The translations under genes and the position numbers were made by a program. The notes beneath the pieces were generated by a model, which ran no database searches, was not told where the DNA came from, and saw nothing but the letters and a program-made list of their open reading frames with translations. Positions 24,753 to 35,511 of a DNA stretch of 64,000 nucleotides are shown here, one piece after another. The stretch is taken from contig CAMDJM010000016.1 of NCBI GenBank assembly GCA_945900785.1, positions 2,627 to 66,626 on the forward strand, in the 5' to 3' direction. Every line of letters begins with the position of its first letter. Position 1 is the first letter of the stretch. The DNA comes from Akkermansia muciniphila (lineage in GTDB: Bacteria; Verrucomicrobiota; Verrucomicrobiia; Verrucomicrobiales; V1-33).

Positions 24753-25802
24753 TCCAAATCCCATGATCCGTTTCGATTTCCGTCCACCGGCCATTCGTCG
24801 CGGCTTTCGTATTTTCTGTGGAGTTCGATGCCGGATAACGCCCTTTTTGCCGCGGCCAAAGCCGGCACGCTGAACGGCGGCGGACTGAAAAAAGAGGTGG
24901 AACGGATGCTGGCCGACAGCCGCATCAACCGCTTCATCGACGACTTCTCACGGCAGTGGCTGCAACTGCACCGCGTGGGCATGTTCCCGCCGGACAAGAA
25001 GCTCTACCCTGGCTACGACCGGTGGCTTGAGATGAGCCTGCGGGCCGAGCCGGTGGAGTTTTTCCGAGAGATGCTTGTGAAGAACCTGCCCATGGATGGC
25101 TTCATTGATTCCGACTGGACCATGGCCAATTCCCGGCTTTGCGATTTCTATGGACTGCCGGAGCCGGCGACGAGCGGCTTCCAGCGCGTCGCGCTCCAGC
25201 CCGGGGATCATCGCGGCGGACTGCTCACCATGGGCGCGTCGCTGGGGCTGACTTCGGACGGAACGCGCCATCGCCCGGTGCACCGCGGCGTGTGGCTCAG
25301 CGAAGTGATTCTGGGCAAAACGCCGCCGCCGCCGCCGGCCAACGTGCCCGCCATCGAACCCAATCCCCCCACAAGTGCCAAGGCTAGTCTTCGAGATAAA
25401 TTGGAAGCGCACCGCAGCGACGCAAACTGCGCCGCCTGCCACGCGAGGATCGACCCCTTGGGCCTCGCGTGGGAAAACTACGATGCCATCGGGCAGTGGC
25501 GCACCCGCGAAAATGTCGCCGCGGGAACCGGTGAAAACCCTTTGGTCAATCCTGCCGGGCTGATGCCCGACGGTCGTGCCTTCAAGGATGCCAACGAATT
25601 CAAACGCCTGCTGATCGGGGACCGCGACAAGTTCGTGCAAGCCTTCATCGAACACCTCTGCACCTACGGTCTCAGGCGCGTGCTCACCGTTGATGACCAG
25701 GAAGACCTCAAGGCCATCGAAGCCGAAGCGAAGCAAAACAACTATGGGGTCAGGAACATCGTCCAGGCCGTGGCCCTTTCCAACCTCATGCGCAAACGAT
25801 AG
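24753..25802 (+). pseudogene. DUF1592/DUF1588/DUF1585 (PSD-type) protein, N-terminal half missing
   Basis: The frame is open from 24753: ...[17 protein letters not shown] (mid-DUF1592 motif), then [37 protein letters not shown] (DUF1588) and a DUF1585-like tail. Family members I know are much longer and carry N-terminal cytochrome, DUF1587 and DUF1595 parts. The ATG at 24828 could still allow expression of a short form. Confidence 0.65.
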
Positions 25803-25901
25803 CGAAAATGTTCCTGTTCTTTGTTCTTAGTTCTTCGATGCGACACCGATAACCGAGAGCCAAACCAAGAACGAGGAACCAAGAACCAAGAACCAAGAAC
25901 C

Positions 25902-27281
25902 ATGAACTACCTATCCCAATCCTGGCTAATCGACCGCCGCCATGCTTTCAAAGCGTTGGGCACTTTCATCGCCCTGCCCATGCTGGAATGCATGATCCCG
26001 CTCCGGGCGGGAGCTGAAGAGACCGCCACCGCCGCCCCGCGTCGCAGCGCATTCATCTATCTGGCGAACGGCGTGCATTCGCTGAACTACCAGATCACCA
26101 CGACGGGGAAGAACTACCAGTTCTCCCGGTCGCTCAAGCCACTGGAGAAGCACCGCAGTGTCATCACGCCGATCAGCGGTCTGCATCATCCGGGAAGCCT
26201 CAGTCATCACCACAACTGCATCAATGTCTGGCTGACCGGCGGAAAGCTCGGCCCCTCGGATAAGAACACGATTTCCGTGGACCAGAAGATGGCGGAAATC
26301 ACCGCGCAGCACACCCGCTTCCCGTCTCTGGAAGTCGCTATCACCCAGGATTCCCTCGCCTGGACCGCAGACGGGGTCCGGCTGCCGGCGATGCGCCGTT
26401 GCAGCAAGATCTTCGCGCCCATGTTTGCCGGACCGAAAGGCGGCATCGCGGCCCAGCGGCGGGCCTTGCGCCGCAAAGGCAGCGTGCTCGATGACAACCT
26501 TGCCGAAGTGCGCCGGCTCGGGAAACAAATGGGTTCCGGGGACAAAGGACGCATGGAACAATACCTCACCTCCGTCCGAGAGGCGGAGATCCGCACCCGG
26601 CGGGCCGATGCGTGGCTCGATACGCCGCTGCCTGCCGTTTCCGAAACCGACCGCAAACGCGTCGACCGCGACATCGCCGACACCATGGCGGGCGATTATT
26701 TCCGGACCGTCTATGACCTCATGGTGCTCGCGTTTCAGACGGACGTGACCCGCGTGGCCACCTTCAGTCTGGGGGGCGAGGGCCAGGCCATTGCCATTCC
26801 CGAAATTGGCATCACGGAATCGCGCCATCAGCTCAGCCACCACGGCGGCGACATGGGCTACATGGAAAAGCTAACCAACTACGACAAATTCGCCATTGAG
26901 CAGTTCAGCTACTTCCTGACCCGGCTTTCGGAAACCAGGGACCTCGGTGGCAAACCGCTCCTGGGCTCGACGATGGCGCTTTTCGGCAGCGGCATGTCCT
27001 ACGGCCACAGCCATGGCAACGCCAACCTTCCGCTGGTCCTCGCCGGCGGCTCGGACCTCGGTCTGAAGCACGGCCAGCATCTGGATTTCAACCGGCAGGC
27101 CAAAGATTTCCAAGGCTACGCGCTCGACGCGGACGGAGCGCTCACCACCGCGCATTACCAGCTCTGCAGCCGCCCTGCGAACCCGGACGCCTACCTGAGC
27201 AACCTGCTGCTCCTCATGGCCCAGCGCATGGGCGTGGAGACCGACACGTTTGGCGACAGCAACAAGGTCGTTGCGCTCTGA
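25902..27281 (+). CDS. DUF1552 domain protein
   Basis: ORF 25821..27281 trimmed to ATG 25902. [20 protein letters not shown] is the Tat-like leader typical of DUF1552. ...[18 protein letters not shown]...[15 protein letters not shown]. It is the usual partner of DUF1588/1592 genes. Confidence 0.85.
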   Translation: MNYLSQSWLIDRRHAFKALGTFIALPMLECMIPLRAGAEETATAAPRRSAFIYLANGVHSLNYQITTTGKNYQFSRSLKPLEKHRSVITPISGLHHPGSLSHHHNCINVWLTGGKLGPSDKNTISVDQKMAEITAQHTRFPSLEVAITQDSLAWTADGVRLPAMRRCSKIFAPMFAGPKGGIAAQRRALRRKGSVLDDNLAEVRRLGKQMGSGDKGRMEQYLTSVREAEIRTRRADAWLDTPLPAVSETDRKRVDRDIADTMAGDYFRTVYDLMVLAFQTDVTRVATFSLGGEGQAIAIPEIGITESRHQLSHHGGDMGYMEKLTNYDKFAIEQFSYFLTRLSETRDLGGKPLLGSTMALFGSGMSYGHSHGNANLPLVLAGGSDLGLKHGQHLDFNRQAKDFQGYALDADGALTTAHYQLCSRPANPDAYLSNLLLLMAQRMGVETDTFGDSNKVVAL

Positions 27282-27468
27282 CGAGGAGGAATGGAGTGGT
27301 GGAGTAACCCATCTCGTCCCCACTTCACCGTTCGACGCAGCAACCATCTGACTCGATGCACCGACCCGCCCAACCGTTCCACCAGCCATCGAAATCGTCG
27401 CACCAACCGGAAAAAACGTATGGCGATGAGTATAATGCTTTGTTTCATTGTGGCGGTGCCACGAAGCT

Positions 27469-28875
27469 TCAATGGCTCACAGAATTCGCTGGGATGAGTT
27501 CAATGGATTTCACGGTGACATGGCCATCGGCACCCTGCTGGTCCGCCGGCCAAAGGGTCAGTTGTGTGATGAGCCCATCGTATCCAGGGCCGGAGGCCAG
27601 ATCGACTTCGACACCTGTTTCCTTGCCGGATTCGGGAATGGGGAAGGTGATCGAGTTTGGTTTGGGCGAGGGATCGCCGCCCTGCTTTTTCCAACTGATG
27701 TGCCCGGTGCCTGCCAATCCAGTCCAGGTGCCGGTCACGCGAAGTTTCGGGGCGGACGCTGCGGGATACGGTTGGACAGGGCCTTCGATGGAGGCTTTTT
27801 TGTCCTTGGAGATGGCAAGTTTTAAACCGTCTTGAACTGGCCAGCCTGCATCAGTGCAGCCTTTTGGCACCCAGTGCTGGCGGTCCTTGGTGAACCTCCA
27901 CGCGGGCGGGGTCCGTTTGGCCATGATACCGCAAAAATAATCACGCAGATTGGCGAGCTTCCCCACGCGCATCATGAGGTCGAAATCGAAAACGATGTTG
28001 TGATCAAGGACATCCGTCGAAACCGGACTGATATACATGGTGGGATCATCGCCTGAATCCCAGGTCTTCCTGGGGGTGTTTGTGCCGCCAAGGTAATGGT
28101 AAACGGTGGGGTTGCAGACGCCGATGCCCCAGTCATCATCCCCAACGGCAGCCACCCAGCCTTCCGTGGCAAGAAAACGTGCCCAGGGAAAGGCTTGTTG
28201 AGGTGGCTTGATGATGCGGGTGAGCTGGCCACCGGTGAAGGGTTGATCGCCTGTGTAAGCCATCAGGCGGTCCAATGCGCTGACCGTATACACCGCTGGC
28301 AGTTCCTGATTATGCCCGCCATACCACGTGTGATCGGTGCGCTGGTTGATCAGCCGATAATGAACGCGCAGCATGGGACCCTCCAGTTTTAGATCTGCCT
28401 CAAAACGACAGTCGCCAAGCACATTCTCCAACGCCCACTGCATTGGCACGCTCACCAGATGAATGGAGGTGCCGGTATTGGTGAGTTCCACCACTTTGGC
28501 GCGATGACGAAAAACGTCGCCTGACTGGATCGGATTCCATGCCCAGTTTTTCCAGTGCTCGTGGGTCTTTTTGCCATCCGGCTCAAAAGGCTGGGGGCCG
28601 GAATAGAATGACAGTTGCACCTGGCGCCCCCAGTCTTTGTTGTTGATCAGATTGCCGTGCTCAGGGGTGGAAAGCCAGGTGATCGCGCCGCCAAGGTCGA
28701 GATTGACTCCGACCTTGATCTCACCGTTTTCGATGAAGCTTATCTGATCGGATTGGACATTGAATTTCGTGTCTGGTTTTGGATCGGCTGCCACAACAAC
28801 AGCAACGCCGGGCATCGTGATCAGCACTAAACTCAAAGGCATTCGATGCCGTGGGCGCGTGCGGTGGAAAGTCAT
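27469..28875 (-). CDS. Secreted hypothetical protein
   Basis: 468-aa ORF with an N-terminal signal-like segment and consistent coding periodicity. No domain recognised by eye. Confidence 0.55.
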   Translation of the reverse strand: MTFHRTRPRHRMPLSLVLITMPGVAVVVAADPKPDTKFNVQSDQISFIENGEIKVGVNLDLGGAITWLSTPEHGNLINNKDWGRQVQLSFYSGPQPFEPDGKKTHEHWKNWAWNPIQSGDVFRHRAKVVELTNTGTSIHLVSVPMQWALENVLGDCRFEADLKLEGPMLRVHYRLINQRTDHTWYGGHNQELPAVYTVSALDRLMAYTGDQPFTGGQLTRIIKPPQQAFPWARFLATEGWVAAVGDDDWGIGVCNPTVYHYLGGTNTPRKTWDSGDDPTMYISPVSTDVLDHNIVFDFDLMMRVGKLANLRDYFCGIMAKRTPPAWRFTKDRQHWVPKGCTDAGWPVQDGLKLAISKDKKASIEGPVQPYPAASAPKLRVTGTWTGLAGTGHISWKKQGGDPSPKPNSITFPIPESGKETGVEVDLASGPGYDGLITQLTLWPADQQGADGHVTVKSIELIPANSVSH

Positions 28876-28983
28876 AAGGATGGTGGGCGAGAATGCGCTC
28901 TAAAAACCCCAGCGTTTCTTTTCCTCGGCACATTGCGACTCGATCCCGAAGAGTTTCATGTGGGCAGCAGGTATTCGGTGGCA

Positions 28984-31900
28984 TCACGGCTTCAGCAACG
29001 GCACCTGCGCGGTGGTGCGGAGGTAGGCGATGAGGTCGCGGACTTCATCGTCTTTGAGGGTTTTGAGCAGGCCTTCAGGCATCATGGAGATGGGGGATTT
29101 CTCGCGGGAGAGGATCTCGGATTTGGTGACGATGCTGTCCTGCCCTACAAGGCGGAGCGTGAGCTGCTGGTTGTCTTCTGCGGCGACCGTGCCGGAGAGG
29201 GTGCGGCCATCGCGGGTGGTGACGATGACGAGTTGATAGCTCTCCTGCATGACCTCGCTGGGGTTGAGGATCTGCGAGAGGATGTAGTCAAGGTTGGCGC
29301 GATTGGAGCCGGTGAGATCGGGGCCGACAATGCCGCCCGCGCCATAGAGCATGTGACAGGCGATGCAGGTGCGCTCGAAGATGGCGCGGCCATGACCGGT
29401 GTTGGCTTTGGCAATCACGGGATCGGTAAGCATGCCTTTATACTTCGCCATCTCAGCCTGCTTATCGCTGGCGAGCTGGGTGATGGGACCCCAGAACTCG
29501 ACAAACGATGGCCCGATCACGCGGTAGAGTTGGCGGGCGTCAAAGGCGGTGACATCGGTCTTCGGTATGGAGTTCTTCTTCAGCTCAACGACTAAGGCCT
29601 GCGCGGTGCTGCGGCGTGCGGAGAGCGTTGATACGACCTCGGCTTTCTCGGCGGCGGAAAGCTTGGCGTAGCGGTTGATCAGGGTGGCGGCCACCTGAGG
29701 ATCATCGAAGGAAGCCAGCGAGCGGATGGCATCGCGGCGCACGGCGGGCTCATCGAGCAGCGACAGCACCACGGGCAGCGCGGCAGCATACGCATCGCGG
29801 GCAAAGGCGGTCAGGATTTGCCGGCGACGCTCGATGGGCGCGGCTGTGTCCTTCAGCACGGCAAGCTGCGCTTCGGCGGCTTTGGCATCGCCGAAGAGTT
29901 GGCCGATCTGCGCGGTGAAGTCGTTTAGCTTCGCATCCTTCGCAGCATCAATCGCGGCAAAGGCTTCGTCCCAGTTTTTCGGCTTCGTGATCGCATTGCG
30001 GCCCAGCGATTTGAGTCCATCGCGCACGCCTTCCAGAAGCTGGAGACGCAAGGCGAGATCGGTGTTGCCCAGCAGTGTGGCAGCCACGGGTTCGAGCTGT
30101 TTGGCAGCGATGGCGCGACGGGCGATGTATTGCGCCAGCAGCGGGATCTTGCTGTGCGTGGCGAGCGCCATCGCTCGCGAGGCATCGGCTTTGACCATCG
30201 GCTCGATGCCAAACCAGATCATCTTCGGCAAGTTGTGATCCGCAGCGTCTTCGGCATGAGCGACGAGGTTCTGCGCGATGGACCAGCGCTCCGCCAATGG
30301 CATACGCTGAAGTGCCGCAGCGAGGTAAAGCCGCACGATGGGCGAGCTGTCCTTCTCCGCCATCGCCACCAACTTTGCCAAGGCCGCCGAACTGTAAGCG
30401 CGATCTTCGCCCAGCAACTGAATCGCCCAGCCGCGAAGATACGGCTCGGCATGATCGAGTATCGGCAGCAAACGATCCGCTGGGAGATTCTGCGTGATGT
30501 GCAAAGCCCACAGCGCACGGAGTTGATGCGCGGAGGTCTTGGATTGCGCGAAGAGTTCCCACAGCTTCGCGGGCACGGCGGCATCGAGTTGACCCGCCGC
30601 AGCACGTTGCTGAAGCAGCACGCGGGCACGACGGCTATACCAGTCATTGCGATGCGTCAGCAGGCCGACGAGTTCGGGATCGGTCTGCGCGGCGAGATTG
30701 ATCCCCAGCTTCCCTGGCAGGCCCTTCGGCGCGAGGCGGTAGATGCGGCCGGTGTCTTTGTCGTGTATGGCATCGCCGCAAATATCGCTGTCATGCCAGT
30801 CGAGCACGTAGGCCGCACCATCAGGTCCTATCTCCATGCTGAAGCCCACCCACGCGTTGTCGTGGGCGGAGAGTGGTTCGTCGCCGTGGTGACCGATAAA
30901 GCCTGATCCGCCCGGTTCCAGGATGTCCGTGATCACATTGTGCTCATGGAGGTTAGCCATGATGATGCGGTCGCGGTATTCCTTGGGAAACTCATCGGCC
31001 AGGTAGATGCGGGCACCGCCGTGGGCGGAGCGATGGCGGTGGTTGGCAATGGTCTTGATGTCGTCGAAGACGTAAGGGTTGATGTGGCTGCCGCCCTGGC
31101 GATGATAGATGCCGCCGGGGATCACATGCCAGAGATGCGGTATGACGCAGGCGGTAATGAACATCTGGCCGTGGTCGTCAAAATCGAGTCCCCAAGGATT
31201 GCTAAAGCCGTGAGCCACGACCTCAAAGCGATCCTTCGTCGGATGATAACGCCAAACGCCGCCGTCGAGGTATTGACCATCCTTCACCGGCATCTCGACG
31301 GGAAATGGATCGCCCTTGCGGAGAATTTTGCCGCCATCGGCAGGCTTGCCCACGGTCGAGCGTGTCGCGAAACCCTGGCAGCCGTAGAGCCAGCCATCGG
31401 GTCCCCAACTAAAGCTGTTAAACACCTCATGCCGATCCTGAATGCCCCAGCCAGTGAGCCGCACTTCGAGCGGGCCGTCGGCTTTGTCGTCGTGATTTTT
31501 GTCGGGCACGAAGAGCAGATTGGGCGGCGCGCCGAGCCAGAGGCCATCAAAGCCGACCGCGATGGCGGAGGGAAACGGGATACCGTCGAGAAAGACTTTG
31601 CGGGTGTCGAACTTCCCATCGCCGTTGGTGTCTTCGAGGATGAGAATGCGGCTGCTGCCATCGGCAGAGAAGCCTTTGCCGCGCGTTTCATAGTCGCGAT
31701 TTTCCGCGACCCAGAGCCGTCCGCGATCATCCCAACAGAACGCCATGGGTTGCGTGATCATCGGCTCGACAGCGGCGAGTTTTGCCTCGAAGCCGGCCGG
31801 CACGGTCATCTTCGCGACTGCCTGTTCGCCAGTGAGAAAGACGCGGTCCTTTTTGCCTTCCCAGGCAAGTCGCCCGGATTCACGGTAAGCAGATGTCTGG

Positions 31901-32817
31901 CTGAAATTTTCCCAGGCCTGATCCATCGTCTGGTTGAAGTTGCCAGTATAGACAAGGAACTGATGCCGCATCCTCTCGGTTTTGCCCTTGGCAATTGTCC
32001 AATCGCCCGCAATCGCCCGACAAGGCCCCACGCCCAGCTGCCCATCCACACGCCAGGACTGCGGGTAACCTGCGTTCTTCGGATGATCAAAAATCGCGAT
32101 GTGTGCCTGATTGGTGCGACCTTCGAGCTTTAGGCCAACATCCAACCAGATAGCGCGCTGTGCGTTGGCAAACTCGTTGCGCTGACGGCTGCTGTTCACC
32201 ACGCCGCCTTCCATTCCAGGCTTCCATGGCATGCGCAGAAAGAGTCCGCCGTATGGCTGCTTGGCCATGGTCAAATCCACCAGCCCTTCGCCCTTCCATT
32301 CCAGATCCAGGAAGTAGCGGCCATCGTTATCGCGCATCGTCCACACCTGTGTCTCGTTCATCACCGGCTTGCCCCCGGCATCCAGCAGTTGATAAACCGT
32401 CGTCCACTTCACTGACTCGCCTTGCGGCACGAGCACCGCGCTCGACACCTTGCGCCAGAAGCCCGAGCCTGGATTGTGAAAATAGTCGCGCCCATTCACC
32501 TGCTTCAGCCCCCAGTAGAGTCCTGTCTGATGCTTGTGATGCCCTGGGCTATCCTCCGTCAGCACGCCCTTGCCATCCGGTGCCACAATCGGATGAAGGT
32601 AAGGCCGGAAATCCGGCCGCGCATTCTGCGTGAGAATCGCCTCCTTGCCGTTCCCGCGATAAACCGAGATCGTGTTCGTCGCATCATCCTGACGCAGCGT
32701 GAGCACCGTATTGTGGGCCGAGGCCCCCGTGCAGGCGAAAAGGCAAAGAGTGACGAAGGAGAAGAGACAGCAGTATTTCATGACTGCTGTAAAACGCCTT
32801 TCCATTCGGAAATTCAT
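28984..32817 (-). CDS. PVC-type multidomain protein: PmoA-like (DUF6807) + 'membrane-bound dehydrogenase' domain + HEAT repeats + C-terminal cytochrome c
   Basis: N-terminal FRPYLHPI..P.G..LT...P.HHKHQTGLYW (PmoA family). CWDDRGRLWVAENRDYE...LEDTNGDGKFD (Pirellula/Verrucomicrobium dehydrogenase domain). Long HEAT-like repeats. C-terminal GRAIFERTCIACHMLYG..GIVGPDLTG...MPEGLL (CxxCH). Confidence 0.85.
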   Translation of the reverse strand: MNFRMERRFTAVMKYCCLFSFVTLCLFACTGASAHNTVLTLRQDDATNTISVYRGNGKEAILTQNARPDFRPYLHPIVAPDGKGVLTEDSPGHHKHQTGLYWGLKQVNGRDYFHNPGSGFWRKVSSAVLVPQGESVKWTTVYQLLDAGGKPVMNETQVWTMRDNDGRYFLDLEWKGEGLVDLTMAKQPYGGLFLRMPWKPGMEGGVVNSSRQRNEFANAQRAIWLDVGLKLEGRTNQAHIAIFDHPKNAGYPQSWRVDGQLGVGPCRAIAGDWTIAKGKTERMRHQFLVYTGNFNQTMDQAWENFSQTSAYRESGRLAWEGKKDRVFLTGEQAVAKMTVPAGFEAKLAAVEPMITQPMAFCWDDRGRLWVAENRDYETRGKGFSADGSSRILILEDTNGDGKFDTRKVFLDGIPFPSAIAVGFDGLWLGAPPNLLFVPDKNHDDKADGPLEVRLTGWGIQDRHEVFNSFSWGPDGWLYGCQGFATRSTVGKPADGGKILRKGDPFPVEMPVKDGQYLDGGVWRYHPTKDRFEVVAHGFSNPWGLDFDDHGQMFITACVIPHLWHVIPGGIYHRQGGSHINPYVFDDIKTIANHRHRSAHGGARIYLADEFPKEYRDRIIMANLHEHNVITDILEPGGSGFIGHHGDEPLSAHDNAWVGFSMEIGPDGAAYVLDWHDSDICGDAIHDKDTGRIYRLAPKGLPGKLGINLAAQTDPELVGLLTHRNDWYSRRARVLLQQRAAAGQLDAAVPAKLWELFAQSKTSAHQLRALWALHITQNLPADRLLPILDHAEPYLRGWAIQLLGEDRAYSSAALAKLVAMAEKDSSPIVRLYLAAALQRMPLAERWSIAQNLVAHAEDAADHNLPKMIWFGIEPMVKADASRAMALATHSKIPLLAQYIARRAIAAKQLEPVAATLLGNTDLALRLQLLEGVRDGLKSLGRNAITKPKNWDEAFAAIDAAKDAKLNDFTAQIGQLFGDAKAAEAQLAVLKDTAAPIERRRQILTAFARDAYAAALPVVLSLLDEPAVRRDAIRSLASFDDPQVAATLINRYAKLSAAEKAEVVSTLSARRSTAQALVVELKKNSIPKTDVTAFDARQLYRVIGPSFVEFWGPITQLASDKQAEMAKYKGMLTDPVIAKANTGHGRAIFERTCIACHMLYGAGGIVGPDLTGSNRANLDYILSQILNPSEVMQESYQLVIVTTRDGRTLSGTVAAEDNQQLTLRLVGQDSIVTKSEILSREKSPISMMPEGLLKTLKDDEVRDLIAYLRTTAQVPLLKP

Positions 32818-32824
32818 CGCCTAA

Positions 32825-32995
32825 ATCTGCCAAAAGTTGTTGCGATCCTGCCGTGTCTCCCAAATCCATCCAACCGGCAAAGTCATCGACATCGCCCACG
32901 CCCACGCCTTCTGCGACCAAAGCGCCTTCACCCAGCATTTCCGCAAACGCATTGGCCTGACGCCGAAGCAGTTTCGGATGCGGCACCAGGGGTGA
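32825..32995 (+). pseudogene. AraC-family regulator, C-terminal HTH fragment only
   Basis: The 56-codon open frame after TAA reads ...KVIDIAHAHAFCDQSAFTQHFRKRIGLTPKQFRMRHQG*, which is the second HTH of AraC/XylS. There is no upstream part. Confidence 0.5.
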
Positions 32996-33099
32996 GACGC
33001 GCGGAACACCTCAACGACGGAGCCTCCAGCATCGACGGGCGCTTCCCAACCCCGGCCATCTTTCCGAAATACTGATCCTACCCTTCTCCCGCTCACGCT

Positions 33100-34362
33100 A
33101 TGACACGCTTCCTGTTCGTTCTTGGTTCATCGTTCTTGGTTCTTTATTTGTGCGCTGCTCACGCCGTGGAGGAAGTCTTCCGCCCCCAAGCGGGAAAGTT
33201 TCCCCCTCCCGAAAAGGCGCTCTCCTATCGGGGCGAACTGGTGTTCGTGGATCATCCCAACCGCCGCGGCAGTATCCGCGTGCAAGCCTCGGGGATGTTT
33301 TTCCGGAATGACCCGCACCCCTTCGCCATGCTGCCTTACGGCATCGTGCGGTATCACGGCGCACCTGCAGATCTGAGGGACATCCCGCTCGGCACCGTGC
33401 TGCACGTCCGGGCCTTCCTCCCGCCGGACCCGAAGATCTCCGCCGTGCCGGTGCTGCCGGTCAACAACAAGGAGAAAGACGCGGACCACAATCGTGGTGC
33501 CGGGATTGCCCCCGCCGAGAACCACGTCCTGCTCCTTGAGGACGAACCCAGTCACTACCAGCGCGAAGGACTGGTCTGGAAGCTCAAAGAAGTCGACCTC
33601 AAGAACAACGAGGGGATGATCGCCGCCAGCTGCGAAGCGAAGGCCGGCGGAGACGGCAAGGCCACAGAGGAAAAGCTGACCTTCGATGCCGCCACCTGCA
33701 TTTGGCGCGGTCGGGAACGCCTCGGGATCGCCGACTTGATCGCCGAGGGGACCTGGCCCGCCAGCGGCAGGAAATCGCTCGACGGCCAAGCCGTGCTCCT
33801 CGGGATCACCGGGAGACCCACGCCCGACGGGATCTTCACGCGCTTCCACATCTCGGACATCTGGCTTGATGAGATGGCCACGCAACGCGCCGCGCAAATT
33901 CAGACCGAACTTCACAAGACCTTTATCCGCAGCCGCTGGATGCCCGCCTGGGTGGATGCCGTTGAGTATGGTAAGTTCGGCCGCGCCACCGTCACCGCGA
34001 CCCTGTTCGGCGGCATGGACGCCGCCCTTTACGCCGATTTCCAGAAAAACGGCCAGGTGCTGGTGAATGCCTCCGAGAATACGTTGAAACATGCCGGCGG
34101 CCAATACGGCCCCGCGCACATGGCTTCCAAAGGTCCCATCCTCGACGTCATAAAAGCGCCCGGAGATATCCCTCTGGGCAGCAGCGGCATCCAAATCCGG
34201 TTTGAGACGGACCTCGTCATTGAAGGCATCCGCCCCACCAGAGTCGTCCGCATCCGTCCTGAAGGCTGGCCAGAGGTGCAAGTGCCCCGGGAGGAATACC
34301 TGGGCGATGGCTCCAACGCCGAAGACCGCTTCCCGACCCCGGCCATCTTTCCCAAATACTGA
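33100..34362 (+). CDS. Secreted hypothetical protein
   Basis: 420 aa with signal peptide [22 protein letters not shown]. No known domain recognised. The last 12 codons are duplicated upstream at 33040-33075. Confidence 0.6.
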   Translation: MTRFLFVLGSSFLVLYLCAAHAVEEVFRPQAGKFPPPEKALSYRGELVFVDHPNRRGSIRVQASGMFFRNDPHPFAMLPYGIVRYHGAPADLRDIPLGTVLHVRAFLPPDPKISAVPVLPVNNKEKDADHNRGAGIAPAENHVLLLEDEPSHYQREGLVWKLKEVDLKNNEGMIAASCEAKAGGDGKATEEKLTFDAATCIWRGRERLGIADLIAEGTWPASGRKSLDGQAVLLGITGRPTPDGIFTRFHISDIWLDEMATQRAAQIQTELHKTFIRSRWMPAWVDAVEYGKFGRATVTATLFGGMDAALYADFQKNGQVLVNASENTLKHAGGQYGPAHMASKGPILDVIKAPGDIPLGSSGIQIRFETDLVIEGIRPTRVVRIRPEGWPEVQVPREEYLGDGSNAEDRFPTPAIFPKY

Positions 34363-34429
34363 GGCCGACCCGTTCCTGGCTGGTAGTTCATTGTTCTCTG
34401 GTCCTTGAATAAGCGGCAGCCTCCGGGCG

Positions 34430-35278
34430 TCAGGGATCGGGAAGGCGGAGGAAGAGATCGTGGAGGGCGGTGGTGAGTTGGGCGGTGCGGGGGCAGGGGG
34501 CGTCGAGGGGGCGCTGATCGCATTGGCCGACGGGGAGGATGCCGTGCAGGGAATTGGTGAGGAAAATGCCACCGGCGCTGGCGAGATCGGCCGGGGTGAG
34601 GGCTTTTTCCTGACAGGGAATGCCGAGCTGCGCGCATAGCTCGATAACGAGGCGGCGGGTGATGCCAGGGAGGCAGCCGGCGTTGAGCGATGGAGTGAAA
34701 ATCTGGTGGTGGCGGACGAGGAAGAGATTGCTGAGGGCTCCTTCGCAGAGGTCTCCGGCGGTATTGAGGAAGAGGGCCTCGGTGGCGCGGCGCTCCTGCG
34801 CCCAGGCGAGGGCGATGGGGTTTTCGGCGTAGCTGGTGGATTTGATGCCGGAGAGGGCGCTGAATTCGTTGCGCCGCCAGGGGACAGTGAGGAGGATGGC
34901 GGGATCGCCGGAGGGGGCAGGGGCGACGGGTTGGCGCCGGATGAGGAGGTGGCCGGGTTCCGGGGTGAGGGTCAAGCCAGGGGTTTCCGCGCCGGTGAGG
35001 GTAAGACGCAGGCGGTGCAGCTCCGGCGGGCAACCGGTCAGGACGGAGGCGATGGCCTCGCGCAGGGTGTCATCGTCAGGGGGTTCGAGGCAAAGCCGGG
35101 CGGCCCCGGCGCGGAGGCGGTCGAGGTGCCGGCTGAGGGCGAGGGCTTGCCCCTGACGGACGGCGATGGTTTCAAACAGTCCACGCCCCCAGAGCCAGCC
35201 CTGGTTGTTGATGGAAAGCTGGGCGGCGGATTCGGCGATGAGTTGGCCGTCCCACCAAACGGGAGGAGTCATGGACAT
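34430..35278 (-). CDS. Aminotransferase class IV (aminodeoxychorismate lyase / branched-chain aminotransferase-like)
   Basis: ...RGLFETIAV..G....L..HLDRL...A..L...; SGIKSTSY.ENPIA...A...GA.EALFLN..G.L.EGA.SNLF.V......TP....G.LPGITRR.V... is the fold-type IV PLP pattern. Confidence 0.8.
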   Translation of the reverse strand: MSMTPPVWWDGQLIAESAAQLSINNQGWLWGRGLFETIAVRQGQALALSRHLDRLRAGAARLCLEPPDDDTLREAIASVLTGCPPELHRLRLTLTGAETPGLTLTPEPGHLLIRRQPVAPAPSGDPAILLTVPWRRNEFSALSGIKSTSYAENPIALAWAQERRATEALFLNTAGDLCEGALSNLFLVRHHQIFTPSLNAGCLPGITRRLVIELCAQLGIPCQEKALTPADLASAGGIFLTNSLHGILPVGQCDQRPLDAPCPRTAQLTTALHDLFLRLPDP

Positions 35279-35511
35279 GGGTGGAGAGGGATGGGAAGCA
35301 GGGAGGGACAGATCATGAGAGGGTGGCCCGTGCCCCGGGATTTACGGGGGGTGGGGTTTAGCGGCAAGGCGGCTTTAAGGGCGACCAGGCACTGCCGGAG
35401 TAGACCAAGGGGCCAGGGTTCCGGTTCAAGTCGCGGTTTTTTTGCGCAGGAATGGCGGGGACGCGAAGGAATCCACGTGCATTTCCCGCTGAAGCAGGGC
35501 AGGATAGGTTC

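Noticed and set aside
33127-34572. Long antisense or alternative-frame ORFs throughout the window. Examples: 33127..34572(-) 481 aa, 15718..17145(-) 475 aa, 17142..18197(-), 53236..54756(-) 506 aa, 30940..32133(+) 397 aa, 34029..35033(-), 41351..42310(+), 56048..57202(+), 57753..58973(-), 62704..63771(-).
   Set aside because: They overlap genes with clear family signatures on the other strand or in another frame. Their translations are Arg/Gly/Pro/Ala-rich with no motifs, which is typical of shadow ORFs in ~60% GC DNA.
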